A stretch of 64,000 bases of DNA, taken from NCBI GenBank assembly GCA_002269645.1, contig NIVC01001216.1, forward strand, positions 62,001-126,000, in the 5' to 3' direction. The notes under the pieces were generated by a model. It was not told the DNA's origin, ran no database searches, and saw only the letters and a program-made list of their open reading frames with translations. This document shows, piece by piece, positions 14,774-57,310 of the stretch (the stretch's first letter is position 1; every line of letters begins with the position of its first letter). The position numbers were made by a program, and so were the translations under genes. This stretch comes from Macrostomum lignano (lineage: Eukaryota).

Positions 14774-17566
14774 ATGCATTCCCATAAATACCCCGGCAGC
14801 AGCTCCATCGACTGTAATCTGCTTGCAGGATTCGAGCCAAATCTGATGAGACACCGTCTGATTGTTTGCGGCCAGATAATTAAAGTGCACATGCACTCTC
14901 TAGTAACCAAGAGTTACTTCTTCTACGAGCGCTGCCTGAGACACGGCGAATCAGAGGAACCGCTTGTCGTGACTGAATCTGATATCTGCTGCTTGAAAGG
15001 CCTGGAACTACTGCTGTACTTCTGTCATTTCGATCGAGTCAGGTGAGAAAAGCTCTTATTTTCGATTGGCATTGGAGTCGCAATACTATAGCTGTAAGAT
15101 ACATACTGATAGTGGTCTTGCTTGGATAGTAAGGTGACCGAAGACCAACATCCACAATGATAGTGATAAGATGGAGGACCATCAGAACATCCATTTTGAT
15201 ATCAAAAGAACAGAACACCAGCATCCACTGTGATATCAAGGGAACAGAACACCAACATCCATTGTGATATCAAGGGAACAGAACACCAACATCACTGTGA
15301 TATCAAGGGAACAGAACACCAACATCCACTGTGATATCAAGGGAACAGAACACCAACTTCCACTGTGATATCAAGGGAACAGAACACCAACTTCCACTGT
15401 GATATCAAGGGAACAGAACACCAACTTCCACTGTGATATCAAGGGAACAGAACACCAACTTCCACTGTGATATCAAGGGAACAGAACACCAACTTCCACT
15501 GTGATATCAAGGGAACAGAACACCAACATCACTGTTATTTCAAGGGAACAGAACACCAACTTCCACTGTGATATCAAGGGAACAGAACACCAACATCACT
15601 GTTATTTCAAGGGAACAGAACACCAACATCCACTGTGATATCAAGGGAACAGAACACCAACTTCCACTGTGATATCAAGGGAACAGAACACCAACTTCCA
15701 CTGTGATATCAAGGGAACAGAACACCAACTTCCACTGTGATATCAAGGGAACAGAACACCAACATCCACTGTGATATCAAGGAAACAGAACACCAACATC
15801 CAATGCTCCAAGTCAGGAAATTTGAATAAAAAGACATTGGTGAGCCGAGATCTTGTATATGACTATTTTCGAACAAACAACTGCAGGGTAACAATCTTAC
15901 CCCATCCATACTCGCAGGGACATGAGCATCTCTCTAATTCAGGAGGCCTTAGTTGTTGCCAGAGTTTTCGAATGCTCCAGCCTATTGGCTTACACCGAGT
16001 CATTCATTCGGACTAATCTATCAGTGACCACAATTTGCGATATTTGGCAGCAGGTAAAAGTTTTCTCTGCCACCGGCCTGCCAGCCATCGATGCTGCGAG
16101 AGATTTTCTGCTTGTACATTTTTTAACCGCAGCAAAAAGACCAGAGTTCATGGAGTTCAGTGCCGAGACCATTGTGGAACTGCTCAGAGATAAAAGGTGA
16201 GTTTATCTCACCTTCCCGGCCTAAAGATGACCGGGAAAGTCTCAACCCTCAGGACTAGAGATAATCGGGGAAATCTCACCCTCCAGGACTAGAGTTGATC
16301 AAGAAAGTCTCACTTTGAAGGACTAGAGATGATCGGGGAATCTCACCTTCTAAAACTAGCGATGATCAAGGAAGTCTCACCCTCCAGGACTAGAGATGAT
16401 CAGGGAAGTCTCACCCTCCAGGACTAGAGATGATCAGGGAAGTCTCACCCTCCAGGACTAGAGATGATCAGGGAAGTCTCACCTTCCAGGACTAGAGATG
16501 ATCAGGGTAGTCTCACCTTCCAGGACTAGAAATGATCAGGGAAGACCCTCCAGGACTAGAGAAAATCGGGGAAGTCTCACCCCAGGACTAGAGATGATCG
16601 GGGAAGTCTCACCCTCCAGGACTAGAGATGATCGGGGAAGTCTCACCATCCAGGACTAGAGATGAACAGGGAAGTCTCACCCCCAGGACTAGCGATGACC
16701 GGGGAAGTCTCACCTTCCAGGACTAGAGATGATCGGGGAAGTCTCACCCTTAGGACTAGAGATGAACGGGGAAGTCTCACCCTCAGGACTAGAGATGATC
16801 GGGGAAGTCTCACCCTCCAGGACTAGAGATGATTTGGGAATTCTCACCTTCTAGGACAAGAGATGATCGGGGAAGTCTCACCCTCCAGGACTAGAGATGA
16901 TTTGGGAATTCTCACCTTCTAGGACAAGAGATGATCGGGGAAGTCTCACCCTCCAGGACTAGAAATGATCAGGGAAGTCTCACCCTCCAGATCGATCTAG
17001 AAATGAGGAAAAAATTCCAGGTTGAACGCTTGGTCAGAGGACAGCCTAGTTGAACCGCTGCTCGGGTGGCTGTCGAATCGCCTGACCCCGCTGTGGGACC
17101 AAATGTGCCTGCTAGCCGCTCTCAGGTTCGACCTGCTCTCCGCAGCCAGCCAGCGAGCTCTCAGTCGCATGGATGCCTATCAATATTTTAGCAGTTTTCG
17201 TCGTTCGAAAATGTTTAAAAGCCTCTGCCGGCACGCCGGGTCGCCTCGGCTCGCTCACGAATGCCTGCTGCTGCTGGGCGGCTGGGACTCCGGCGTCTTC
17301 TCTACTCGTCGACGTCGACGCCGCCCCGAGCAGGCGGTGCGGGACCCGCGGAGCGCCTCGGCCTACCTGATTGACCCGCGGAGCGGCCTGGCAACTCTGT
17401 GCGACCGGCTGCGCCTGCCCGAGCCCAGGAGCGACTTCGCCTGCTGCCGGCTCCAGTCGGTGCTGATCGTGGCTGGCGGGCGCTGGCGCGAGGATGAGGA
17501 GACCAACACCTCCATGGCTTTGGACTTGAGGTTAGGCATGCTGCGCCTGTCTGTCTATCCGTCATT

Positions 17567-17637
<71 letters not shown>

Positions 17638-19988
17638 TTCTGCCTGCCTGTCTGTCAGTTCATGAAATCTGCTAACCTTCTATCCTGCCCGGCGCCAGCA
17701 GCAGCCAGCAGCTGACCTGGATTCCAATAGCGGCACTGCACGATGCCCGGGCGTACATGTCCGCAACAGTGTGCAACTCTGCCGTGTTTGTCATCGGCGG
17801 AATGAGCGCCTCTGAGGGATGCTTTGCTACGGTAATAAGCAAACATGTGTTATTTAAAGTTTTTTGCTATTTTTTACATATAGGACGAATTTACAAGCTC
17901 GTTCTCCGAAAAGATGAGATTTGATTACTCAATACATGATAGTGAGGAGATGGAGCACCAGCATCTACCATAATAGTGCGGAGATGGAGCACCAGCATCC
18001 ACCATGATAGTGAGGAGATGGAGCACCAGCATCCAATGTGATAGTAAGGAGCATTGTTGTATATACATAAGCACAGCACAGATGGATAGATAATTGACGT
18101 AGGAAGGCAGTCACGTGATGAAATTTGTACACGCGGCCAAGAATAATTGCCATTGTGCCTGGGTGAGAGCAATAATATACAATCCACAAATCTACAGGTT
18201 GAAGCACTGGAGGCGGACGATTGTCGCCGACAGCAGCAGCACCAGATGTCGAGCCTGAGCCAGCTTCGTTGGAAGCTGAAAGCTCCTCTGCCCAGAGCCA
18301 GATCCTCTCCGGGCGTGGTGTGCATCGATGGTGCGATCATAGCCTGTGGCGGCTACCTGGAGCCGCACCTGACGCAGCCGTGCCGATTGGTAGACCTGTA
18401 CAGCGCAGCTGAGGATCAGTGGACCCAACTGAACTGGGGCCTGGTGGCTACCAGAGGGAGTCCCAGCATGCTGGCTCTGGGCCATGGCCGATGGATTCTG
18501 GTGCTCGGCGGTAGCGCTTCGGTTGAGGCCGAGTGGCTGCGGTTTCAACCCGGTCTGCGGCCGGTTCTGGAATCTGGCTCCGCGGTTTCACTGTCGGATT
18601 TGCAGAGGATTTTCGCCGGCGACGGGGTGCCGCTTAGCCAGCGAGCCGGCGTTGCCTGCGCTGTGGATTCTCGCTGGATGTTGGCCACGCGAAATTGCCA
18701 GCTGAGCCCCACCGGGTCCGGGATGGCGAAGTTTTCTGCTGAGAGTGGGAGGAGAGAAGAGGGGAGAGGGTAGAGGGTAGAGTGGAGGGGGGAGTGGAGA
18801 GGGTAGAGGGTAGAGTGGAGAGGGGGAGTGGAGAGGGTAGAGGGTAGAGTGGAGAGGGGGAGTGGAGAGGGTAGAGGGTAGAGTGGAGAGGGGGAGTGGA
18901 GAGGGTAGAGGGTAGAGTGGAGAGGGAGAGTGGAGAGGGTAGAGGGTAGAGTGGAGAGGGGGAGTGGAGAGGGTAGAGGGTAGAGTGGAGAGGGAGAGAG
19001 GAGAGGGTAGAGGGTAGAGTGGAGAGGGGGAGTGGAGAGGGTAGAGGGTAGAGTGGAGAGGGAGAGTGGAGAGGGTAGAGGGTAGAGTGGAGAGGGAGAG
19101 TGGAGAGGGTAGAGGATAGAGTGGAGAGGGTAGAGGGTAGAGTGGAGAGTGGGGAGTGGAGAGGGTAGAGGGTAGAGTGGAGAGGGGGAGTGGAGAGGGT
19201 AGAGGGTAGAGTGGAGAGGGGGAGTGGAGAGGGTAGAGGGTAGAGTGGAGAGGGAGAGTGGAGAGGGTAGAGGGTAGAGTGGAGAGGGGGGAGTGGAGAG
19301 GGTAGAGGGTAGAGTGGAGAGGGAGAGTGGAGAGGGTAGAGGGTAGAGTGGAGAGGGGGAGTGGAGAGGGTAGAGGGTAGAGTGGAGAGGGAGAGTGGAG
19401 AGGGTAGAGGGTAGAGTGGAGAGGGAGAGTGGATAGGGTAGAGGGTAGAGTGGAGAGGGGGGAGTGGAGAGGGTAGAGGGTAGAGTGGAGAGGGGGAGTA
19501 GAGAGGGTAGAGGGTAGAGTGGAGAGGGGGAGTGGAGAGGGTAGAGGGTAGAGTGGAGAGGGGGAGTGGAGAGTGGAGAGTGAAGAGGGTAGAGGGTAGA
19601 GTGGGGAGAGAGGAGAATGGAGAGCCTAGTGGAAAGTGGAGAGGGGAGAGGGAGAGAGATTCTCTAGATGAGAATAGAAAACAGCCAGGGGAAACAGCAG
19701 TCAGTCTCTATTCAGTTTTCATATAGTCTGTACTGAAAGGCACTAAAAATGCACTAAAAATAACCCAAGCGGCTTGATTTGCTCAGGTCTGTTTCTACTG
19801 CCATCCCGATTGACGAATTGGAGCAAGTGGCTGCTAGCGCCGCAGCCGCAGCCTCTGCTGATCAGGAACCGGCTAATGTGATTTCAAAACCGCGACCAAA
19901 TTGGCTCCAAGGCCTCGGCCTCATGAGCTTCGGCGTCGCAGCTGTGCCAGTCAGCGCCCGCCTGCTTGAAGGAGCCGAGTTTTTCTAA
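14774..19988 (+). CDS. BTB-BACK-Kelch (KLHL-like) protein, about 654 aa. Exons 14774-15042, 15918-16196, 17021-17530, 17699-17831, 18198-18769 (end uncertain), 19787-19988
   Basis: Degenerate BTB (HRLIVCGQIIKVH...SYFF). BACK (LSVTTICDIW, EFMEFSAETIVELLRDKRLNAWSEDSLVEPLLGW). Kelch GG repeats (LLLGGW, IVAGGR, FVIGGM, IACGGY, LVLGGS). Splice phases are compatible. The start codon and last donor are less certain. Confidence 0.82.
15150..15805. repeat. 34-bp minisatellite, kelch intron 1 (gggaacagaacaccaacatccactgtgatatcaa)
   Basis: Period 34, counted. Confidence 0.95.
16205..16995. repeat. 34-bp minisatellite, kelch intron 2 (caggactagagatgatcggggaagtctcaccctc)
   Basis: Period 34, counted. Confidence 0.95.
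17549..17658. repeat. (TCTG)n, kelch intron 3
   Basis: Seen directly. Confidence 0.95.
17938..18045. repeat. 34-bp repeat, about 3 copies, kelch intron 4 (gatagtgaggagatggagcaccagcatccaccat)
   Basis: Period 34; aligns with the intron 1 unit. Confidence 0.85.
18745..19660 (+). repeat. Purine-rich minisatellite of about 34 bp (gggtagagggtagagtggagagggggagtggaga), kelch intron 5
   Basis: Period about 34; almost only G and A on the + strand. Confidence 0.95.
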
Positions 19989-20094
19989 GAAACATCCAGA
20001 AGCAGATCTGCAATTTATTATAAGCTAATTAGAGATGGCTATTAGAACACTCGATCTGATGATCTCAGCTTATTCTACCTCAGCCTATCTAGTA

Positions 20095-21070
20095 TTTATC
20101 TTACTCTGTATCTCACTCTGTATCTCACTCTGTATCTCACTCTGTATCTCACTCTGTATCTCACTCTGTATCTCACTCTGTATCTCACTCTGTATCTCAC
20201 TCTGTATCTCACTCTGTATCTCACTCTGTATCTCACTCTGTATCTCACTCTGTATCTCACTCTGTGTCTCACTCTGTATCTCACTCTGTGTCTCACTCTG
20301 TATCTCACTCTGTATCTCACTCTGTATCTCACTCTGTATCTCACTCTGTATCTCACTCTGTATCTCACTCTGTATCTCACTCTGTATCTCACTCTGTATC
20401 TCACTCTGTATCTCACTCTGTATCTCACTCTGTATCTCACTCTGTATCTCACTCTGTATCTCACTCTGTGTCTCACTCTGTATCTCACTCTGTATCTCAC
20501 TCTGTATCTCACTCTGTATCTCACTCTGTATCTCACTCTGTATCTCACTCTGTATCTCACTCTGTATCTCACTCTGTGTCTCACTCTGTATCTCACTCTG
20601 TATCTTACTCTGTATCTCACTCTGTGTCTCACTCTGTATCTCACTCTGTATCTCACTCTGTATCTCACTCTGTATCTCACTCTGTATCTTACTTCGTATT
20701 TCACTCTGTATCTCACTCTGTATCTCACTCTGTATCTCACTCTGTATCTTACTTCGTATTTCACTCTGTATCTCACTCTGTATCTCACTCTGTATCTCAC
20801 TCTGTATCTCACTCTGTATCTCACTCTGTATCTCACTCTGTATCTCACTCTGTGTCTCACTCTGTATCTCACTCTGTATCTCACTCTGTATCTCACTCTG
20901 TATCTCACTCTGTGTCTCACTATGTATCTCACTCTGTATCTCACTCTGTGTCTCACTCTGTATCTCATTTTGTATCTCACTCTGTATCTCATTCTGTATC
21001 TCACTCTGTATCTCACTCTGTATCTCACTCTGTATCTCACTCTGTATCTCACTCTGAATCTCACTCTATC
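20095..21070. repeat. 12-bp tandem repeat (tatctcactctg)n
   Basis: Seen directly; source of the CISL, SHSV and RYRV ORFs. Confidence 0.97.
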
Positions 21071-21653
21071 TCACTGTCCATCAGCTTTCCATCTCATCTT
21101 CTGTCATTAACTCCCCAACTTCAAAGCCAGCTTCTATTTTGACTTAAGTCTTTCACTATCATTCTCTTTATTCTCTACATGCTTATTTTTATCGAATGTG
21201 CCAGTCTCATTAAAATCCAATTAAAAATAATTTGACCACAAAAAGAAGTATTATATTAATTATTGCCGCCAAACTTTTAATTGTCTCAGGTGAACCTATA
21301 AACGTATGTACTTATCGATATTTATAATTGCTCTGGAATTTACTTTGCTCCAATTCGCCTCAAGCAATACTTGTCTTATATGAGTAAACTGGATATTATT
21401 TAATAATTATTGGCCAAGGCCACCCGTGTGAGGGAACCGCTGCTACTCGAACGAAAAATATAAACGCATGACTGCAGTCGGTCAGAAAATTATATACTCA
21501 AGATTATTATACTACTGATTAAACAATAATTTGCGACTATTTCCGTTTTCTTCCATTAAAAGTCTGTTTATGTTGATAGGTAACGTCGTAAAAACTCAAT
21601 GGTAACACGAAACCACTCCAATGATTCATTTATAACTACATCCTGTGAGCTTG

Positions 21654-22021
21654 TGGTGCTGGCGCCCCTGGTGCTGGCGCCCCTGGTGCTGGCGCCCCTG
21701 GTGCTGGCGCCCCTGGTGCTGGCGCCCCTGGTGCTGGCGCCCCTGGTGCTGGCGCCCCTGGTGCTGGCGCCCCTGGTGCTGGCGCCCCTGGTGCTGGCGC
21801 CCCTGGTGCTGGCGCCCCTGGTGCTGGCGCCCCTGGTGCTGGCGCCCCTGGTGCTGGCGCCCCTGGTGCTGGCGCCCCTGGTGCTGGCGCCCCTGGTGCT
21901 GGCGCCCCTGGTGCTGGCGCCCCTGGTGCTGGCGCCCCTGGTGCTGGCGCCCCTGGTGCTGGCGCCCCTGGTGCTGGCGCCCCTGGTGCTGGCGCCCCTG
22001 GTGCTGGCGCCCCTGGTGCTA
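21654..22021. repeat. Perfect 15-bp GC-rich tandem repeat (tggtgctggcgcccc), about 24 copies
   Basis: Seen directly; no variant units noticed. Confidence 0.97.
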
Positions 22022-22444
22022 AAGCTAATAAAAAATTATGCGTTTACCCTCGAAACTTGACTTTTGTCCCTGTCAACATCGCATCAAGATGTAGCGAATT
22101 ATTTGTAAATAGTTTACCATCATGAGTTTGTCTGAGAACTCCAACAGCCCAGAGCACTTCGGGTGCAGAAGCAAGCATGCCCTTGTAAAACTGCAAAAGT
22201 CGACAAAAAATATGTTTTAGCGGAAATTCGCTCTGGTAAAGTAAAAAAAATGCTTTGATCAATAATTTTCATTTATTCACATGCAAAATTTGATTGCCAG
22301 TTTAGAAAGCATAATTTTTACAATTACTGGAAAAAGAAATTAACCAGACAAAGGTTTTTGACACAAATAACTGATAGCTGAGTAAAATTAATAGACTCAA
22401 GGATTAAGCAGACAATTCAGCACTAGTCTCCTTGTTCTGCTGGT

Positions 22445-22684
22445 CAGGTGGTTCGGGTGTGTCAGGTGGGTCAGGTGGGTCAGGTAATTCCGACCAGAGG
22501 GTCAGCATGCAGTCAGATAGCTAGATAGCATTCCCAGTCAGGTGGGTCAGGTAGGTCAGGTAGGTCAGGTGGGTCAGGTGGGTCAGGTGGGTCAAGTGGG
22601 TCAGGTAGGTCAAGTGGATCAGGTAATTCCGCTAGAGGGTCAGCATGCAGTCAGCTAGCTAGATAGCATTCCCAGTCAGGTGGG

Positions 22685-22688
<4 letters not shown>
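22445..22688. repeat. (ggtcaggtg)n with a duplicated block of about 65 bp, immediately 3' of the QSOX-like stop codon
   Basis: gtaattccg...gagggtcagcatgcagtcag...tagatagcattcccagtcaggtgggtcag occurs twice. Confidence 0.85.
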
Positions 22689-30344
<7,656 letters not shown>

Positions 30345-30819
30345 CTATGGATTAAAAACAGACTTGGTAACGCATAAGCACTGCTTATAGTCTTATAGTC
30401 AGTGCAGTAGATACATGCCTACAGGCTTAGCAGGCTTAGCAATTAAGGTTTAGCAAGACTCCTAATGCATGCCATGCCAGGGCCGTGCATTTATTAGCTT
30501 GCCTCCGTGTCCAAGCATGGAGGCCCCCACACAGTTGCAGTTCTCTCTGATGGGCCATTGGCGGACAGAAGCCCCAGCGAGAGGGACGGAAGGACGGTCG
30601 GTGTATTGGCAGGCAGAGGAGAGGCAGGGAAGCGCGATCTGGATCTCTCTCTCTCTCTCTTGCTTCAGCTACTTTTAGTTTCTGCGACCAGAATAAAACT
30701 TCTTTAGCTGAAAGCAGATAAAAAGATGCTATCTATCTAGATAGTGCATGTATACTTGCAGCAGGAACGGTAGTGGGGTAGGAGAGTACACAGGAACATG
30801 GAGCAAGGAGCGTTAGAAA

Positions 30820-31442
30820 GCATTAGAGCATAGAACATAAGGACATAAACATAGAGAATGTAGAGCATAGAGCATATAGAGCATAGAGCATAGAGCATAG
30901 AGCATAGAGCATAGAGCATACACTGTAGAACATAGAGCATAGAGCATAGAGCATATAGAGCATAGAGCATAGAGCATAGAGCATATAGAGCATAGAGCAT
31001 AGAGCATATAGAGCATAGAGCATAGAGCATAGAGCATACACTGTAGAACATAGAGCATAGAGCATAGAGCATATAGAGCATAGAGCATAGAGCATAGAGC
31101 ATAGAGCATAGAGCATAGAGCATAGAGCATAGAGCATAGAGCATATAGAGCATAGAGCATAGAGCATAGAGCATAGAGCATAGAGCATAGAGCATAGAGC
31201 ATAGAGCATATAGAGCATAGAGCATAGAGCATAGAGCATAGAGCATAGAGCATAGAGCATAGAGCATAGAGCATACACTGTAGAACATAGAGCATAGAGC
31301 ATAGAGCATAGAGCATAGAGCATAGAGCATAGAGCATAGAGCATAGAGCATAGAGCATATAGAGCATAGAGCATAGAGCATAGAGCATAGAGCATAGAGC
31401 ATAGAGCATAGAGCATATAGAGCATAGAGCATAGAGCATAGA
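30820..31442. repeat. 7-bp repeat (agagcat)n
   Basis: Seen directly. Confidence 0.96.
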
Positions 31443-32338
31443 GAAATTAGCAGGTCGACCCGCATTGCACTGCATGTTTTGTAATGCTACCAATTTACTT
31501 TCTAAACACTCATAATCTACCTTTGTTGACAGTCACAATTGACTTTATAAACACTCGCAACATAAACAGTCCCAATCTACTTGTAAACGCTACCACTATC
31601 TAATTTCTAGAAGCAAACACCCACCATCAGTTTCTAAACCCCTAAACAACATCTCTAATTTCTATAGCCAGAAGGCAGTCATTCGGTTTGTAGAATTCAG
31701 CCAATAGCAAGCAGCAACAAATGAAGCTAAAAAACTTGCAACATAACCGGCTCCTCTCGCATGAATGCTTTTTTCAACTCAGCTTCAAGTATGCACGCCT
31801 TGAATGCGCTGTATAGGCAATTGCCAAGTTTGAAGCTTACAGCCTACACACAAGCTTCAGCACTCACTCTTTCCCCTGAAGCTCAAGCCCCTAGGAGGAG
31901 CTACAGACGCATGTATTGCAATATATTCATGAGTAGTTCACCCCTCCCGTGCCACCACCAAGTCGGTCTTAACACGCCTGATGGGGACTGACTAAGGCGT
32001 ACTTTTAAAAACCCCAGAGCATTGAGTGAATGATGAAGGCATGGATTGGTAGCCACACCAGCTATAACAAGCAGGCGCATACTGGATATGAAATATTAAT
32101 TACAGTAGCTATAGTATTGTAGTTGCTATGCAGAATCTTAAGCTACCCAAACTTAACTTCTAGAAGCTAGTGTTCACTTTAAATGCATGCAATATAATAA
32201 TGAGTAGCCAGAGCTCACTTAGTTGACTCTCGCGCTTCCGCCATGCAGAACCATGTCCAAATAAACAATCTCGCCCAAAATATTGACGTGTCAAAATTAA
32301 TCATTTTCTTTTTTTGATCCAAATATTTTTTCGCTCCT

Positions 32339-32652
32339 AATAATAATAATACTTGATTACACCTCCCCCAATTGGGCCAGATGTGCAACCGACAGCTCAG
32401 CCGCAGCTTTGCGCGGCGCATCTGAAGGCTGCGTACGGCTGTTCAGTCCAAGGACTGGGGGGGTCGCCACATACACCCTCAATTACCCCAGCTAATGCTG
32501 GCACCCATTTTACATGTACAGCTGGGTGAACTGAAGCCATGCAGAGTTAAGTGACTTGCTCAAGGACACAAATTGTTCCCCTGGGTCGAGAATCGAACCC
32601 CCGACCTTCCAGTTGTGAGTCCGACGCTCTAACCTCTAGGCTATAACCCCCT
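32339..32652 (-). mobile_element. tRNA-derived SINE, family 1, second copy
   Basis: The reverse complement matches 12176-12485 over its full length, including the (TTA)n tail. No clear TSD. Confidence 0.88.
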
Positions 32653-33539
32653 GCTAGATTATCGCCCCTAAAAAAGCTAATATTGCTACTTAGGAAGAAA
32701 CTAAATAGTAGTACAGTCTGCCTATTATCATAAAATAACGTAAAAGCAAAAAGAAATCGCCACTAATTTCATTTCTACTGCATCAGACAAGATCTGAAAA
32801 AATTAATTACGATCAAAACACACGAGACGCCTGTATTTGTTTTTTTCTACCGGTGCAATAAAACCGATCAATGATTGGACAATTTCAAAGTCAGAATGAC
32901 GCCAGGGGGAATTAAAATTCTGCCCCAATTATCGGGTTTCTACAAGCCAAAAATGATATAAAAAAAGAAGCCACAGACGGACAAAAAAGTAGGTTGATAA
33001 AAGTACAAAATAGAGCATTCGCAATCTAGTGCAGCTGAAAACTCAAAACTTCGCATATAAATAAATGGTAATAAAAATATGCTGCAGAACACACAGACCA
33101 TATAAGCCATTTTGTGAGGATATGTGACGTTAGCAGCGATATTGAGCACAAACTGCGACACTAATAATATTCATATTAATGGAAGATTTCATCAACTTTA
33201 CTAATTACCGGTAAGGTACTTCAAGTAATAACAAAAATATTGATTTCTATAGCTGAATAATAAGCTGTTGCGATTGATAAAGTACAATCTGCGCTTTTTA
33301 CTATACTTTAAATTCTGGTACACGATGGTACATTGGTCTTATATATACTGAGAACACAATGAAAGCTGAGTTGTCTTGGGATGCATTTTCGAAAATTTTA
33401 AGACAATATACACAGAGCGAACAGCGCAACTCAACCGCTACTAAAGGATTCGGGCTACGGAGATTATAGGTTAGTGGTTTGAGAATTATTTTGGATTAGG
33501 CGCTTGGGGTTGGCGATTTTGGTGTTCGGGTTTGGTTTT

Positions 33540-33895
33540 GGGGATTTGAGGGTTTTGAGGATTTTGAGGGTTTTAAGGTTTTTTTTTGAGGATTTGAGGG
33601 TTTTGCAGATTTTTGAGTGTTTTGAGTGTTTTGCGGATTTTTGAGTGTTTTTGAGTGTTTTGCGGATTTTTGAGGATTTGAGGGTTTTGCAGATTTTTGA
33701 GGATTTGAGGGTTTTGAGGATTTTTGAGGATTTGAGGGTTTTGAGGATTTTTGAGGATTTGAGGGTTTTGCGGATTTTTGAGTGTTTTGAGTGTTTTGCG
33801 GATTTTTGAGTGTTTTGAGTGTTTTGCCGATTTTTGAGTGTTTTGAGGATTTGAGGGTTTTGAGGGTTTTGAGGATTTTGAGGATTTCAGGGTTC
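33540..33895. repeat. Degenerate low-complexity repeat (gaggatttgagggtttt-like)
   Basis: Seen directly. Confidence 0.85.
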
Positions 33896-34351
33896 GGATG
33901 ATTTGGGGTTAAAAGTTAAGAGAAGGGTTTCGAACTTGAGCACCTGTAAGAAGTTGAGTTCAGTTATTGAAAAATCGCACATCACTGCAGAAACGCCTTA
34001 TTGTGAAGCATAGGATGAGCAGAAGGACACAAAAATTTAGTCAGCTGAAATAAAGTTTTTTCCGTTGATAGATTCTACTTAAACAGATATAATAAATGTT
34101 AATAAAAATGATTGAGAATAAAAAATTCTGCTAATAAAGGACACACAAAGATCTGCATTTGGTGAATTAGTAATTATACCAGAAAGTTGCTAAACCACTC
34201 TATGCTAAATTAATAAGTAGAAAAATGCTAAATTCTACTTTAAGTAGCCAGTTTGCAATCTGAACAGGCTGCAGAGTTCACGAAAAAAAGTATACGGATA
34301 AATAAATAATCAAACATAGCTATAGCTATCTCTAGCGAGCCAGTTCCAGTC

Positions 34352-57010
<22,659 letters not shown>

Positions 57011-57199
57011 CCCAGGCCAGAGTTAGGTTCTGCACAAATTCAATTGTATAAAATTATCTGGTTTACTTTCCTATAAAACTTGCAAAAACCTATAGGGGGT
57101 CTCAAGCGGCCTATTAAGCTGAGTACTAGCCGGGACATCAGGTAAGAAGCGTCATTTAAAAAATAAGCGAAGCATTATGTAAAACTGTGCTGTGACGAG

Positions 57200-57310
57200 T
57201 GGGGGGAATTGCTGAGATGTCAAGGCTTACGTGGGGAATTGCTGAGATGTCAAGGCTTACGGGGGGAATTGCTGAGATATCAAGGCTCATAGGAGGAATT
57301 GCTGAGACGT
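57200..57310. repeat. Repeat of about 30 bp, 3-4 copies
   Basis: gggaattgctgagatgtcaaggcttacg. Confidence 0.8.

Noticed and set aside
20035-21142. Long ORFs (CISL, SHSV, RYRV repeats)
   Set aside because: Translations of a stop-free 12-bp tandem repeat; no splice or codon support.
21599-22060. VLAPL, WRPWC and GAGAP repeat proteins
   Set aside because: Perfect nucleotide repeat with no synonymous variation; no exon context.
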